Source of the DNA: Erysipelothrix sp.
Lineage (GTDB): Bacteria > Bacillota_I > Bacilli_A > Erysipelotrichales > Erysipelotrichaceae
NCBI GenBank assembly: GCA_012512595.1
Contig: JAAZDW010000021.1
Span: 5,218 to 69,217 of the forward strand
Length of the DNA: 64,000 nt
Direction: 5' to 3'
A program made the translations under genes and the position numbers. The notes below the pieces were generated by a model. The model made no database searches, had not been told where the DNA came from, and worked only from the letters and a program-made list of their open reading frames with translations. Of the stretch, positions 49,355 through 58,741 are shown one piece after another (the stretch's first letter is position 1; each line of letters starts with the position of its first letter).

Positions 49355-49410
49355 AACGGTAAGCATAGATAGCTTTATTATGATATAATCGATTTATACG
49401 GAGGGATACC

Positions 49411-50523
49411 ATGTACAAAACCTTAAAAAGTATTCAAGATTTAAAAGGTCAAACAATTGATAAACTTGATGTGAGCAAAATCAGTGCAGGCAGCGAAGAA
49501 AGATATATAAAAAAAGAAAAATCAAAGTTAATTTTAACTAATAAGGGGATAAACTATATAGACGATCATAAAAGCGAAGTTGGACAAGAGTCTTCTTTTA
49601 AACAGTTAGAAGCAATTGATCCAAAGTTTATGAAAGATATTAGTCAAGAGATATTTAACACAATAAAAGATGTTTTTAAAATCGACATTGTCGATATTAA
49701 AGATATCGTTCAAATGAAGAAAGGTATGACAAATTTATCATTTCTTTTTACAGTTAATGATAATCGCTATGTATTTAGAGTGCCTGGACGCGGTACAGAT
49801 CTTTTAATAACTAGAAGTCAAGAATCGATTGCCTACGATAAAATCAAGACTTTAAATATTTCAGATGAGATAGTTTATATTGATCCAAATAAGGGCTATA
49901 AAATTACAAAATATTATTCAGATATAAAAACTTTAGATCCATATAATGACAATGAAGTGAAAAAAGCAATGAATAAGATAAAAACTTTACACCAGGCTGA
50001 TTTAAAAGTTGAACATAGTTTTGATATTGCTGAACGTATCAGTTTCTATAAAAGCCTTTGTGTTAATTTAGATATTGAGTTTTCAAAACAATTTTATGAA
50101 ATTGAGAGTAAAATAGTCGACGTCTTAGATTTTATAGTCAAGAACAGGACCGAAAAGCGACTTTGCCACATTGATCCGGTGTGCACAAATTTTTTAGTTT
50201 TTGCTGATGAAACGATTAAACTAATTGATTGGGAATATGCTGGCATGTCTGATCCAATTATGGATGTTGCAATGTTTGGAATATACCAAACATACTCCAA
50301 ACCACAGGTAGATAGACTTTTAGAGTTGTACTTGGATAAAAAACCATCCGCCTTTCAATACAAGGTTTACTATAGCTATGTTGCCCTTGCAAGCTATTTA
50401 TGGTACTTATGGACGATTTATAAAGAGGCCTTAGGTGATTATTATGGTGATTATCGTCAGATGCAATTTAACTTTGCACTAAAATATAGTGACCTTGCAT
50501 TACTTGGTGGCCATAATGTTTAA
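49411..50523 (+). CDS. Choline/ethanolamine kinase family protein (LicA-like) with a ~75-90-aa N-terminal extension
   Basis: 370 aa. It has GMTNLSF, LCHIDPVCTNFL (Brenner-type HxD.N) and IDWEYAGMSDP. A strong GGAGGG SD precedes 49411. Confidence 0.75.
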   Translation: MYKTLKSIQDLKGQTIDKLDVSKISAGSEERYIKKEKSKLILTNKGINYIDDHKSEVGQESSFKQLEAIDPKFMKDISQEIFNTIKDVFKIDIVDIKDIVQMKKGMTNLSFLFTVNDNRYVFRVPGRGTDLLITRSQESIAYDKIKTLNISDEIVYIDPNKGYKITKYYSDIKTLDPYNDNEVKKAMNKIKTLHQADLKVEHSFDIAERISFYKSLCVNLDIEFSKQFYEIESKIVDVLDFIVKNRTEKRLCHIDPVCTNFLVFADETIKLIDWEYAGMSDPIMDVAMFGIYQTYSKPQVDRLLELYLDKKPSAFQYKVYYSYVALASYLWYLWTIYKEALGDYYGDYRQMQFNFALKYSDLALLGGHNV

Positions 50524-51412
50524 AAAACCAAATCTAATCGGTTTAGGATCGGGATTATTTTGGGGTGTTTCAACAGTTGTGCTAGGCTTAGCTTTAGCCA
50601 CCCTAAATATCGATTCTAATTCTGCCACTTTAACGACAACTTTTATCCATGATTTAATGTCAGCCAGTATGCTAGTTTTACTTATTATACTTATTAATAA
50701 AACAAAAGACTTAATTAAAACGATAAAATCTAGATCTGGGCTAATAATAATGGGTGCAGCTTTACTTGGCGGACCAATCGGAATGGGTGCTTATTTTATA
50801 GCGATAAATTATTTAAGCCCTTCTATTGCTGCAAGTATATCAGCATTATATCCAGCCTTTGGAGTTGTTTTAGCATATTTTTTATTAAGTGAAAAAATAA
50901 CGAAAAATCAAGTGATTGGCTTAGCTATTTCAATTGGAGCAATAATGCTTATGAGCTTTTCAAATCAATTAACGGTAAATAATTTATTTTTAGGGTTATT
51001 AAGCATTAGTCTATGTGTTATAGGCTGGGGCAGTGAGGCAGTTATTATTAGCTATGCAATGAAACAAGAAGTTGACTCAACAATTGCCCTTACAATAAGA
51101 CAGATAACATCCGCATTTGTTTATGGTGTCTTTATTATGCCTTTTATAAAATATGACTTTTTAATGGTAATTATAAAAGATAGTAGAGTTTTATTATATA
51201 TAACTATAGCATCAATCTTTGCGACTCTTTCTTATTTACTTTACTATAAAGCGATCGACCTACTTGGTGCAAGTAGGGCTATGGCATTAAATATAAGCTA
51301 TCCTGTCTGGGCATTTATCTTTCAATTGTTACTTTTCAGAGTTTTTTCAATTAGTGAAATGCTCCTTGTGACACTTATTGTCATAGGCATATATGTGGGC
51401 TTAAAACAATAA
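50516..51412 (+). CDS. EamA/DMT family transporter (LicB-like candidate choline permease)
   Basis: About 298 aa, 10 predicted TM helices, two EamA-like halves. The ATG at 50516 overlaps the kinase stop. Confidence 0.65.
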   Translation: MFKKPNLIGLGSGLFWGVSTVVLGLALATLNIDSNSATLTTTFIHDLMSASMLVLLIILINKTKDLIKTIKSRSGLIIMGAALLGGPIGMGAYFIAINYLSPSIAASISALYPAFGVVLAYFLLSEKITKNQVIGLAISIGAIMLMSFSNQLTVNNLFLGLLSISLCVIGWGSEAVIISYAMKQEVDSTIALTIRQITSAFVYGVFIMPFIKYDFLMVIIKDSRVLLYITIASIFATLSYLLYYKAIDLLGASRAMALNISYPVWAFIFQLLLFRVFSISEMLLVTLIVIGIYVGLKQ

Positions 51413-51467
51413 GATTTTATTATAAAAGTCTGTTATTTAAAAAGAGATTTGACACAGAGTTTAATTA

Positions 51468-51495
51468 CTTGACTTAATCTTATATATGTATATAA
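51468..51495 (+). promoter_or_regulatory. Promoter of the DUF1934-argS operon
   Basis: TTGACT, a 16-nt spacer, then TATAAT. Confidence 0.5.
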
Positions 51496-51519
51496 TTCAA
51501 TAGAGAAAAAGGAAAAGAT

Positions 51520-51909
51520 ATGAAGAGAAAAAACATTCGTTTAAAAGTAATCCAAAATGATCTTTTAGAGAAAAAGCGACAACTTATATTTGAGGGATTG
51601 GCAAAGCTTGACCATTTGGATAGTTTAAAGATATATTATCAAGAGTCAGACAAGACAAAGGTTAGGCTTACAATTAGTGAAAGAGAAGGTTTTTTACTGC
51701 GTAAAGGTGAAGCTTTAGTTCAAATGCGTTTTAACTTAGATAAACTTGAGCAAGCAAAAGTATCTACATCAGTTGGAGATATTTACATGGAAGTAAACAC
51801 CTTAAATATTAGCCTTGAAAATAACAACTTATTTTTGTATTATGAGTTATCAGATAGCGAAGCAACTGTCGGTAAATTTCAGTTGGAAATGGAGTGGGAA
51901 GATGAATAA
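51520..51909 (+). CDS. DUF1934 (YwiB-like) beta-barrel protein
   Basis: 129 aa. Its position immediately upstream of, and overlapping, argS is typical for Firmicute ywiB homologues. Confidence 0.65.
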   Translation: MKRKNIRLKVIQNDLLEKKRQLIFEGLAKLDHLDSLKIYYQESDKTKVRLTISEREGFLLRKGEALVQMRFNLDKLEQAKVSTSVGDIYMEVNTLNISLENNNLFLYYELSDSEATVGKFQLEMEWEDE

Positions 51910-53545
51910 AATAGAAACAGCAATAAAAGATGCGATCAATACAGTTTTATTAGAAGAGTATAACTTTGATGCCAAAGAAGAAATAATCGTGGAAATCCCA
52001 AAGGATAATACCCATGGTGACTATTCAACCAATATTGCGATGCGGATAGTAAAAACTTTAAGAAAGTCACCAAAAGACATCGCTAATAATTTAGCCGATA
52101 AGCTTAGAAATAATAGTGAACTATTTACAGAAGTAAGTGTTGCTGGTCCGGGTTTTATTAACTTTAGAGTAAGTCAAAAATTATTTTCTAATGTTATTAG
52201 TCAGGTCTTAAACGAAAAAGATAATTTTGGTAAAAATGATAGTGGTAATGGGTTAAAAATAAATGTTGAATACGTTTCAGCAAATCCAACTGGTGATTTG
52301 CATCCAGGTCATGCAAGAGGGGCTGCCGCCGGGGATTCGCTAACTAGACTAATGAAGTTTTCAGGCTACGATGTTACCCGTGAATTTTACTTAAATGATG
52401 CTGGCGTTCAAATTGAAAACATGGCAAAATCTTTACAAATTCGCTACTTAAATTTGTTTGATATAGATGTCCCATTTCCAGAAGATGGCTATCATGGCCA
52501 AGATATCATTGACATTGCTAAACAACTGAAAGAAGAAGTAAATGATAAGTATGTTAGCGAAAACCTTGATGAGTATTACAGCGAGTTTAAGCGCTATGGT
52601 CTACAGGAAGAAACAGCCAAACTCAAAAGAGATTTAGACCTATTTAGAGTTGAGTTTGATGTATGGACAACCGAGAGTTCCATATACAAAGAAAACAAAG
52701 TTACAAAAGCCTTAGATAAGGTTATTGCCTCAGGACATACTTATGAAAAGGACGGAGCACTCTGGTTAAAAACAACTGATTTTGGTGATGACAAAGATCG
52801 AGTCTTAATCAAGAGTGATAAGACATATACTTACTTAGTACCTGATATTGCTTATCATCAAGACAAGTTTGATCGTGGTTTTGACCAACTAGTAGATTTA
52901 CTAGGTGCAGACCATCATGGTTATATAAATCGATTAAAAGCAGCAATTCAAATTTTAGGTTATAATAAGGACCAACTAGAAGTTGACATAACCCAAATGG
53001 CAATTATGTTAAAAGATGGTGAAGAATTTAAGATGTCTAAAAGAACAGGACAATCAATTTCATTAAGAGAATTAATCACAGAAGTTGGTGTTGATGCCCT
53101 AAGGTATTTTTATGTAGATAGAGCAGCGGATTCCCCAATGCAGTTAGACTTAGATTTAGCAATTAAGCAAAGTAATGAAAACCCTGTTTACTATGCTCAG
53201 TATGCTCATGCAAGAATGTGTTCTATTTTAGCTCAAGGTGAAAAATATCCAAAGGCAAATGATTTCTCACTAATAAATCAAGAAAAGGAAATCGAGCTGT
53301 TAAAGCATATTAATGAATTTTCAAATGTTATTGCGGATGCTGCAAAAGTTAGACATCCACACAAAATAAGCAATTATATTCAAAGGCTAGCCTCTTTATT
53401 TCATAGTTTTTATGGTCAACACAAGGTCCTTGATGAAAATAATGAAGAGCTAACATCACAGCGTTTAGGTTTAGTTTTAGCTAGTAAAATAACTTTAGCC
53501 AACGCGTTAAAATTAATAGGTGTAAGTGCACCTGAAAGTATGTAG
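51902..53545 (+). CDS. argS: Arginyl-tRNA synthetase
   Basis: It starts at MNKIETAIKD; the ORF track extension from 51815 overlaps DUF1934. It has SANPTGDLHPGHARG (HIGH) and FKMSKRTG (KMSK). Confidence 0.93.
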   Translation: MNKIETAIKDAINTVLLEEYNFDAKEEIIVEIPKDNTHGDYSTNIAMRIVKTLRKSPKDIANNLADKLRNNSELFTEVSVAGPGFINFRVSQKLFSNVISQVLNEKDNFGKNDSGNGLKINVEYVSANPTGDLHPGHARGAAAGDSLTRLMKFSGYDVTREFYLNDAGVQIENMAKSLQIRYLNLFDIDVPFPEDGYHGQDIIDIAKQLKEEVNDKYVSENLDEYYSEFKRYGLQEETAKLKRDLDLFRVEFDVWTTESSIYKENKVTKALDKVIASGHTYEKDGALWLKTTDFGDDKDRVLIKSDKTYTYLVPDIAYHQDKFDRGFDQLVDLLGADHHGYINRLKAAIQILGYNKDQLEVDITQMAIMLKDGEEFKMSKRTGQSISLRELITEVGVDALRYFYVDRAADSPMQLDLDLAIKQSNENPVYYAQYAHARMCSILAQGEKYPKANDFSLINQEKEIELLKHINEFSNVIADAAKVRHPHKISNYIQRLASLFHSFYGQHKVLDENNEELTSQRLGLVLASKITLANALKLIGVSAPESM

Positions 53546-53556
53546 GAGGAAAGTTA

Positions 53557-54039
53557 ATGGCAAAGAGTCCAATGGTAGAAAGTGCAGTAAAAGTTCTAGA
53601 GGCCCAAGGTGGAGAACTAACTTTTAACGAACTATGGGAAAAAGTTATCGAAGATATGCAAATAGATAAAGAAACAGCAACAAAACGGATTGCAAAGTTA
53701 TATTCAAATATTACTTTAGACAAAAGATTTATTTCTTTACCAGACAATAAATGGGACTTAAGAAAGAGAAGAAAACTGGACGAGATAATTATTGATACAA
53801 GTGATATAATCATAGAGGACGAAGATGATTTTGAATTAATTGATTATGATGATGAAGATTATGAGTATGATGATTATGACGAAGAAAGTGATCCAGACAA
53901 AATAGAACCAGAAGACATAGATGACGAGGAAGATTTAGATCTTTTTGATGATGAGTTAGAGATTGACCTGGATTTAGAAGAAGACTTAGATGAGGACATT
54001 TCAGAGTTTGAAGAATTAGCAAGTGCAAGTAAAGACTAA
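53557..54039 (+). CDS. rpoE: RNA polymerase delta subunit
   Basis: 160 aa. It has an N-terminal HARE-HTH-like domain and a long Asp/Glu C-terminal tail. Confidence 0.85.
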   Translation: MAKSPMVESAVKVLEAQGGELTFNELWEKVIEDMQIDKETATKRIAKLYSNITLDKRFISLPDNKWDLRKRRKLDEIIIDTSDIIIEDEDDFELIDYDDEDYEYDDYDEESDPDKIEPEDIDDEEDLDLFDDELEIDLDLEEDLDEDISEFEELASASKD

Positions 54040-54051
54040 AAGGAGAGGCTT

Positions 54052-55311
54052 ATGACTGAAGTAATTAAAATTGAAGGTGGACATAAACTAAATGGAACAG
54101 TAAGAATAGACGGGTCTAAAAATGCAACAGTAGCATTAATTCCGGCTGCGATTTTGGCAAATGAACCAGTTACTATTTACGGGGTTCCGGATATTTCTGA
54201 TGTCGGGGCATTAACAACAATATTAAACTATCTAAATGTAAGTGTAGAAAGAAATGAAGCGGGCGATTTAATTATTGATCCAACAAAAATGGTAAACATC
54301 CCGCTAGTTGAAAATACTGTTACCCAACTTAGAGCATCATATTATTTTATGGGAGCTCTACTAGGAAAATATGGTAAAGCAGAAATAAAAATGCCAGGTG
54401 GTTGTGACTTAGGCCCAAGGCCAATTGATTTACATATCAAAGGCTTTGAAGCATTGGGAGCTACTATTTCCTATGCCCGTGGTAATTATATTATTGAAGC
54501 AGAAGAATTGATTGGTAATTCAATCTTTCTTGATATTGCATCAGTTGGGGCAACAATTAATATCTTGATGGCAGCTGTTTATGCTAAAGGCAAGACAGTA
54601 ATTGGAAATGCCGCAAAAGAGCCAGAAATTATTGATGTAGCAACTATTTTAAATAAAATGGGAGCTAATATTAGAGGGGCCGGAACAAATGAAATTACAA
54701 TTGAGGGTGTAAAAACACTAGGTGGTTGTTATCATGAGATTATTCCAGATAGAATTGAAGCCGGTACATATATAATTTTAGCGGCAGCAGCAGCTGAAGA
54801 AGTTGTGATAGAGAATATTATTCCAGCGCATTTAGAAGCCTTACTCTCAAAATTAATTGATATGGGTGTAGATATGACAATCGATGTCGATAAAATAACC
54901 GTAAGAGCAAGTCATAATTTGCAGGCAGTAGATGTTCAAACAAACACATACCCAGGCTTTGCAACGGACTTACAGTCTCCATTTGCGACTTTATTAACAC
55001 AAGCCCATGGAACATCACATATCGTAGAAACAGTATATAAAGAACGTTTTAAAGCTGTTCAACAACTCCAAAGACTTGGCGCACAAGCAACTCTATCAAC
55101 TGGCCGTGCTGAAATAGTCGGACCGGTTGCTTTATTTGGTAGTAGAGTTAAAGCGACAGATTTAAGATGTGGAGCAGCGCTAGTAATTGGTGGACTTTTA
55201 GCCGAAGGTGTCACAGAAATTCGCGAGATTTATCATATTGACCGTGGATATGCCAATATCGATAGTAAGTTAACAAAACTTGGGGCAAAAATTTGGCGCG
55301 AGGAAGTTTAA
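54052..55311 (+). CDS. murA: UDP-N-acetylglucosamine 1-carboxyvinyltransferase
   Basis: 419 aa. It has GSKNATVALIPAAILA and the catalytic Cys in PGGCDLGPRPIDLH. Confidence 0.95.
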   Translation: MTEVIKIEGGHKLNGTVRIDGSKNATVALIPAAILANEPVTIYGVPDISDVGALTTILNYLNVSVERNEAGDLIIDPTKMVNIPLVENTVTQLRASYYFMGALLGKYGKAEIKMPGGCDLGPRPIDLHIKGFEALGATISYARGNYIIEAEELIGNSIFLDIASVGATINILMAAVYAKGKTVIGNAAKEPEIIDVATILNKMGANIRGAGTNEITIEGVKTLGGCYHEIIPDRIEAGTYIILAAAAAEEVVIENIIPAHLEALLSKLIDMGVDMTIDVDKITVRASHNLQAVDVQTNTYPGFATDLQSPFATLLTQAHGTSHIVETVYKERFKAVQQLQRLGAQATLSTGRAEIVGPVALFGSRVKATDLRCGAALVIGGLLAEGVTEIREIYHIDRGYANIDSKLTKLGAKIWREEV

Positions 55312-55327
55312 CCAGAAAGAGGAATTT

Positions 55328-56728
55328 ATGAAATCTAAAACAAAAAATATGATTTTCTACTCAATTTATGCAATATTAAACCTAATATTTATCTTTCAAC
55401 TATTAAAATTGGGAAGTTTACCAAATTTATATAACTTTGCAATTATTTTGATTACATTTATTTTTATGGCACTTATATATTATTCACAGTTTAAGAAAAC
55501 TAAGAACTTCTTAAATAAAATTGGGAAAGTATTAATGATACTACTCTCGTTACTGCTTATAATAACTAATATGTACATTTATAAATTTGGTTCCACTTTA
55601 AACATCGTCAGTGGTGGCAGTTCAAAAAATGAAACAGTTTCAGTAATTGTAAAAAAAGATAGTAGCTATCAAAAATTAGCGGATGTCGAAGACTTAGTCT
55701 TTGGTATTGAAGATGGTAATGAAGCAATTGTTAATGAAGCGATTGAATCAATAGAAGACAAATTAAAACAAAAAATAACAATGCAAGATTATGTCGACTA
55801 CCCTACTTTGGCAAAAGCTTTGATGAATGATGAAATTGAAGTAATCGTTCTAAATGAGGCATTTAGAAATTTTATTGAAGATGAATTAGAAACTTTTACA
55901 GAAGATACAAGAGTAATTTATGAGTACAATAAAAAGACAGTAATTAAAAAATCGGATGTTAATGTTACAAAGGACACCTTTACAGTTATGATTAGTGGAA
56001 TTGATGTTTATGGTTCAATTAGTAATAACTCAAGGTCGGATGTTAATATTTTAGCAACAGTAAATCCAAAAACAAAGGAAATTCTACTTTTAAGTATTCC
56101 GAGAGATTATTATCTTCCACTGGGATGTCAAACAGGAGCTTTGGATAAATTAACTCACTCAGGTATTTATGGAGTTGACTGTACAATGAACACGGTCGGT
56201 AATGCCTTAGGATTAGACATTGATTTTTATGCGAGAGTTAACTTTAATAGTTTAATTAATGTCGTTGACGCAGTTGGCGGAGTCACTGTTGATGTAGATT
56301 CTGGGTTTAATTCAGGAACTTATAATTTCCCAGTAGGTCCAAATTACTTAGATGGGCCAAAAGCCTTATCTTTTGTTAGAGATCGTTATCACCAAGAAGG
56401 TGGAGACCGTGGTCGAGGTAGAAATCAGATGAAGGTTGTAACAGCCTTGATTGATAAAATGACATCACCTGCGATAATAACAAACTTCACTTCAGTATTA
56501 AGTTCACTAGAAGGATCCTTTGAAACTAATATGACAAGCAAAGATATTACGTCGCTTGTAAAAATGCAAATTAATGACATGAGTGGTTGGGCTATCGAAC
56601 AAATGCAATTAGATGGAACCGGGGGAAGTGATTATGCCTATGCGCTTAATGGCTATGCATATGTTATGTATCCTGATTATGCAACAATTGATGCAGCTAA
56701 AGCAGCCATTACAAACATGATGAAATAA
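55328..56728 (+). CDS. LytR-CpsA-Psr (LCP) family glycopolymer-peptidoglycan ligase
   Basis: It has N-terminal TMs and an LCP core SRSDVNILATVNP...LLSIPRDYY...FVRDRYH..GDRGRGRNQ. The ATG at 55328 follows AAGAGGA. Confidence 0.85.
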   Translation: MKSKTKNMIFYSIYAILNLIFIFQLLKLGSLPNLYNFAIILITFIFMALIYYSQFKKTKNFLNKIGKVLMILLSLLLIITNMYIYKFGSTLNIVSGGSSKNETVSVIVKKDSSYQKLADVEDLVFGIEDGNEAIVNEAIESIEDKLKQKITMQDYVDYPTLAKALMNDEIEVIVLNEAFRNFIEDELETFTEDTRVIYEYNKKTVIKKSDVNVTKDTFTVMISGIDVYGSISNNSRSDVNILATVNPKTKEILLLSIPRDYYLPLGCQTGALDKLTHSGIYGVDCTMNTVGNALGLDIDFYARVNFNSLINVVDAVGGVTVDVDSGFNSGTYNFPVGPNYLDGPKALSFVRDRYHQEGGDRGRGRNQMKVVTALIDKMTSPAIITNFTSVLSSLEGSFETNMTSKDITSLVKMQINDMSGWAIEQMQLDGTGGSDYAYALNGYAYVMYPDYATIDAAKAAITNMMK

Positions 56729-56744
56729 CCGTTATTCAAATTGT

Positions 56745-56778
56745 GGTCTCATTGTTATAATAACAGGGGGCCTTTTTT
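56745..56778 (+). terminator. Putative terminator after the LCP gene
   Basis: GGTCTC...GGGGCC closes an extended hairpin (inner TTGTTAT/ATAACA), followed by T6. Confidence 0.45.
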
Positions 56779-56781
56779 AAA

Positions 56782-57711
56782 ATGTTAAAGGATAAAAAAA
56801 TGAAGACCATAAAAATAATACTAACCTTAATCATCGCTACGATACTCTTCACTAGTATTTATGCAGTAAAGAATGAAAACATTGAACCTAGTTTTTATGT
56901 GTATAATACGATAGTTGAATATGATAGCCAGAGCAATTATGCCTTAGTAATAAACCGCGAAAACAAAAAAGTAAAATATGATAAAAATTCAGAAACAAAG
57001 GCTTACCCTGCTTCTTTAACTAAACTTATGACGGTCTTAGTTGCGATAGAAAATATCGAAGATATGGAAGCATTAGTTTCGATTGATGTAGATAGCTACT
57101 ACGAAATGATAGAACAGGATTCTTCAATGGCAGGTTTTTATCCTAATGAGCAAGTAAGCTATTGGGATTTATTGCATGGGACAATGCTAAGTTCTGGAGG
57201 AGAGGCAACAAACTCACTAGCTATAGGGATATCAAAAACCCAAGCAGAGTTTGTTAAATTAATGAACAAAAAAGCTAAAGACTTAGGAATGTTTAACACA
57301 AATTTTACTAATGTTGAAGGTCTCCATAATGACAATCAATATAGTACAGCACAAGATATGGTTAAATTATTAGATATAGCGTTAGAAAACCCGGTTTTTC
57401 GAGAAATTATTACAACAATTACCCACCAAACTATTTCAACTGACCAACATCCCGAAGGAATTGAATTAACTTCAGTAATTATTAAATACTTAGACACCTT
57501 TAATAACGGTGAATATAAAATAATTGGTGGCAAGCCAGGCTATACCCCTGAAGCGGGTATTAATCTAGCGGTAATTGGAATTAAAAATGGGGTTGAATAT
57601 ATTTCAGTTTTAATGAACGCGCCTATTAATGAATATTCAAAAAGGTTTGAAATCTTTTCTGTAGATACAATTGAGATATTTGAACGCTTAAATGAATCAA
57701 CTGATAAATAG
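56782..57711 (+). CDS. D-alanyl-D-alanine carboxypeptidase (S11 family, low-MW PBP)
   Basis: 309 aa. It has a signal/TM segment, SxxK as ASLTKLM and SGGE (an SxN-like region). An alternative start is at 56800. Confidence 0.8.
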   Translation: MLKDKKMKTIKIILTLIIATILFTSIYAVKNENIEPSFYVYNTIVEYDSQSNYALVINRENKKVKYDKNSETKAYPASLTKLMTVLVAIENIEDMEALVSIDVDSYYEMIEQDSSMAGFYPNEQVSYWDLLHGTMLSSGGEATNSLAIGISKTQAEFVKLMNKKAKDLGMFNTNFTNVEGLHNDNQYSTAQDMVKLLDIALENPVFREIITTITHQTISTDQHPEGIELTSVIIKYLDTFNNGEYKIIGGKPGYTPEAGINLAVIGIKNGVEYISVLMNAPINEYSKRFEIFSVDTIEIFERLNESTDK

Positions 57712-57743
57712 CCACTTTTTTACAATTAAAATTTTATCTAAGT

Positions 57744-57771
57744 AAAAAGACATCGATCACGATGTCTTTTT
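57744..57771. terminator. Bidirectional terminator between the PBP gene and the hydrolase gene
   Basis: AAAAAGACATCG-ATCA-CGATGTCTTTTT. Confidence 0.75.
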
Positions 57772-57826
57772 AAATCTTGAGCTCAATAATATTTGATGAA
57801 TATAGTCATCTTATTAATATTTATTT

Positions 57827-58705
57827 TTAATGATTTTTTAAAATGACATTTAAAAGTATCTCAGGTGCGTCTACCATAGGCGAATGACCACAATTTTTGA
57901 TTAAAACAAGATTGGCATTACTTCCAATCGCAGCCTTTAATTCTTTTGCTGTCTTAACTGAAACCAAAAGGTCATCTTCACCTTGGATTATGGTTGTAGG
58001 TTGGGTTATAAGTTTTACTTCTTCGCCTCCCATACTTAAGCCACTATAATAATCTGAAATATTGAATTGATTTAGGCCGTGGTAGATATCGATTAGGTTT
58101 CTTTGACGTAAACTTTCATCCAATTGTTTTTCATATATTTTTGGACTAGGTTTATTAATATTATATATAGCCTTGTCCCACATATTTTTATAAAAGACTT
58201 TATCTTTTTTTTGTAAAGCTTCTAGTTGTTTGATTTTAATCGGATCAAAGGATATCTCTTGTTTGGACTTTAATAATATTTTCTGGTTATTTTCATCTTT
58301 TCGATAAGAATGATATCCAGAAACTCCAGCTGAGGCTATTAAAAATAATCTATTTACCAAATAGCCATAACTTGCAGTAAAGAGCATGCTTACAGCACCA
58401 CCAGTTGACCAACCAAGTAAATCAAACGACTTCAAATTAAGTTTATCGACAAATAATTTTAAATCTCCCGCAAGGTCTCTAAGTGTGTCAATTGGTCTAT
58501 TATAAGTAGAGCCGCCAAAGCCGCGAAGATCAACTGCATATATAGTATATTCTTTAGGCAAGTCATTTATAAGTTGCTCATAAAATTTAGAAGATGCTAA
58601 ATTACCATGAACCAGAACCATTATTTTTTCTCCACCTAAGTAATATCGATATGTATAAATTTCGTTATTGTCTAAATGTATACTTTTAACTTCAATATTT
58701 TTCAT
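57827..58705 (-). CDS. Alpha/beta hydrolase fold protein
   Basis: 292 aa. It has an HG oxyanion motif (VLVHGN), a nucleophile elbow GWSTGG and a C-terminal GHSP. Confidence 0.8.
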   Translation of the reverse strand: MKNIEVKSIHLDNNEIYTYRYYLGGEKIMVLVHGNLASSKFYEQLINDLPKEYTIYAVDLRGFGGSTYNRPIDTLRDLAGDLKLFVDKLNLKSFDLLGWSTGGAVSMLFTASYGYLVNRLFLIASAGVSGYHSYRKDENNQKILLKSKQEISFDPIKIKQLEALQKKDKVFYKNMWDKAIYNINKPSPKIYEKQLDESLRQRNLIDIYHGLNQFNISDYYSGLSMGGEEVKLITQPTTIIQGEDDLLVSVKTAKELKAAIGSNANLVLIKNCGHSPMVDAPEILLNVILKNH

Positions 58706-58741
58706 TGTAACCCTTCTATCTGTAAAATTTTATTCATAAAT

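Noticed and set aside
51815-51901. An upstream extension of the argS ORF (576 aa in the track).
   Set aside because: The extension overlaps the DUF1934 gene in another frame. The canonical ArgRS N-terminus starts at MNKIETAIKD (51902), which has an SD-like GGAGTGGGAAG.
53800-54039. Repetitive GAT/GAA-rich DNA that looked like a tandem repeat.
   Set aside because: It encodes the acidic Asp/Glu C-terminal tail characteristic of the RNA polymerase delta subunit. It is compositional and not a true unit repeat.
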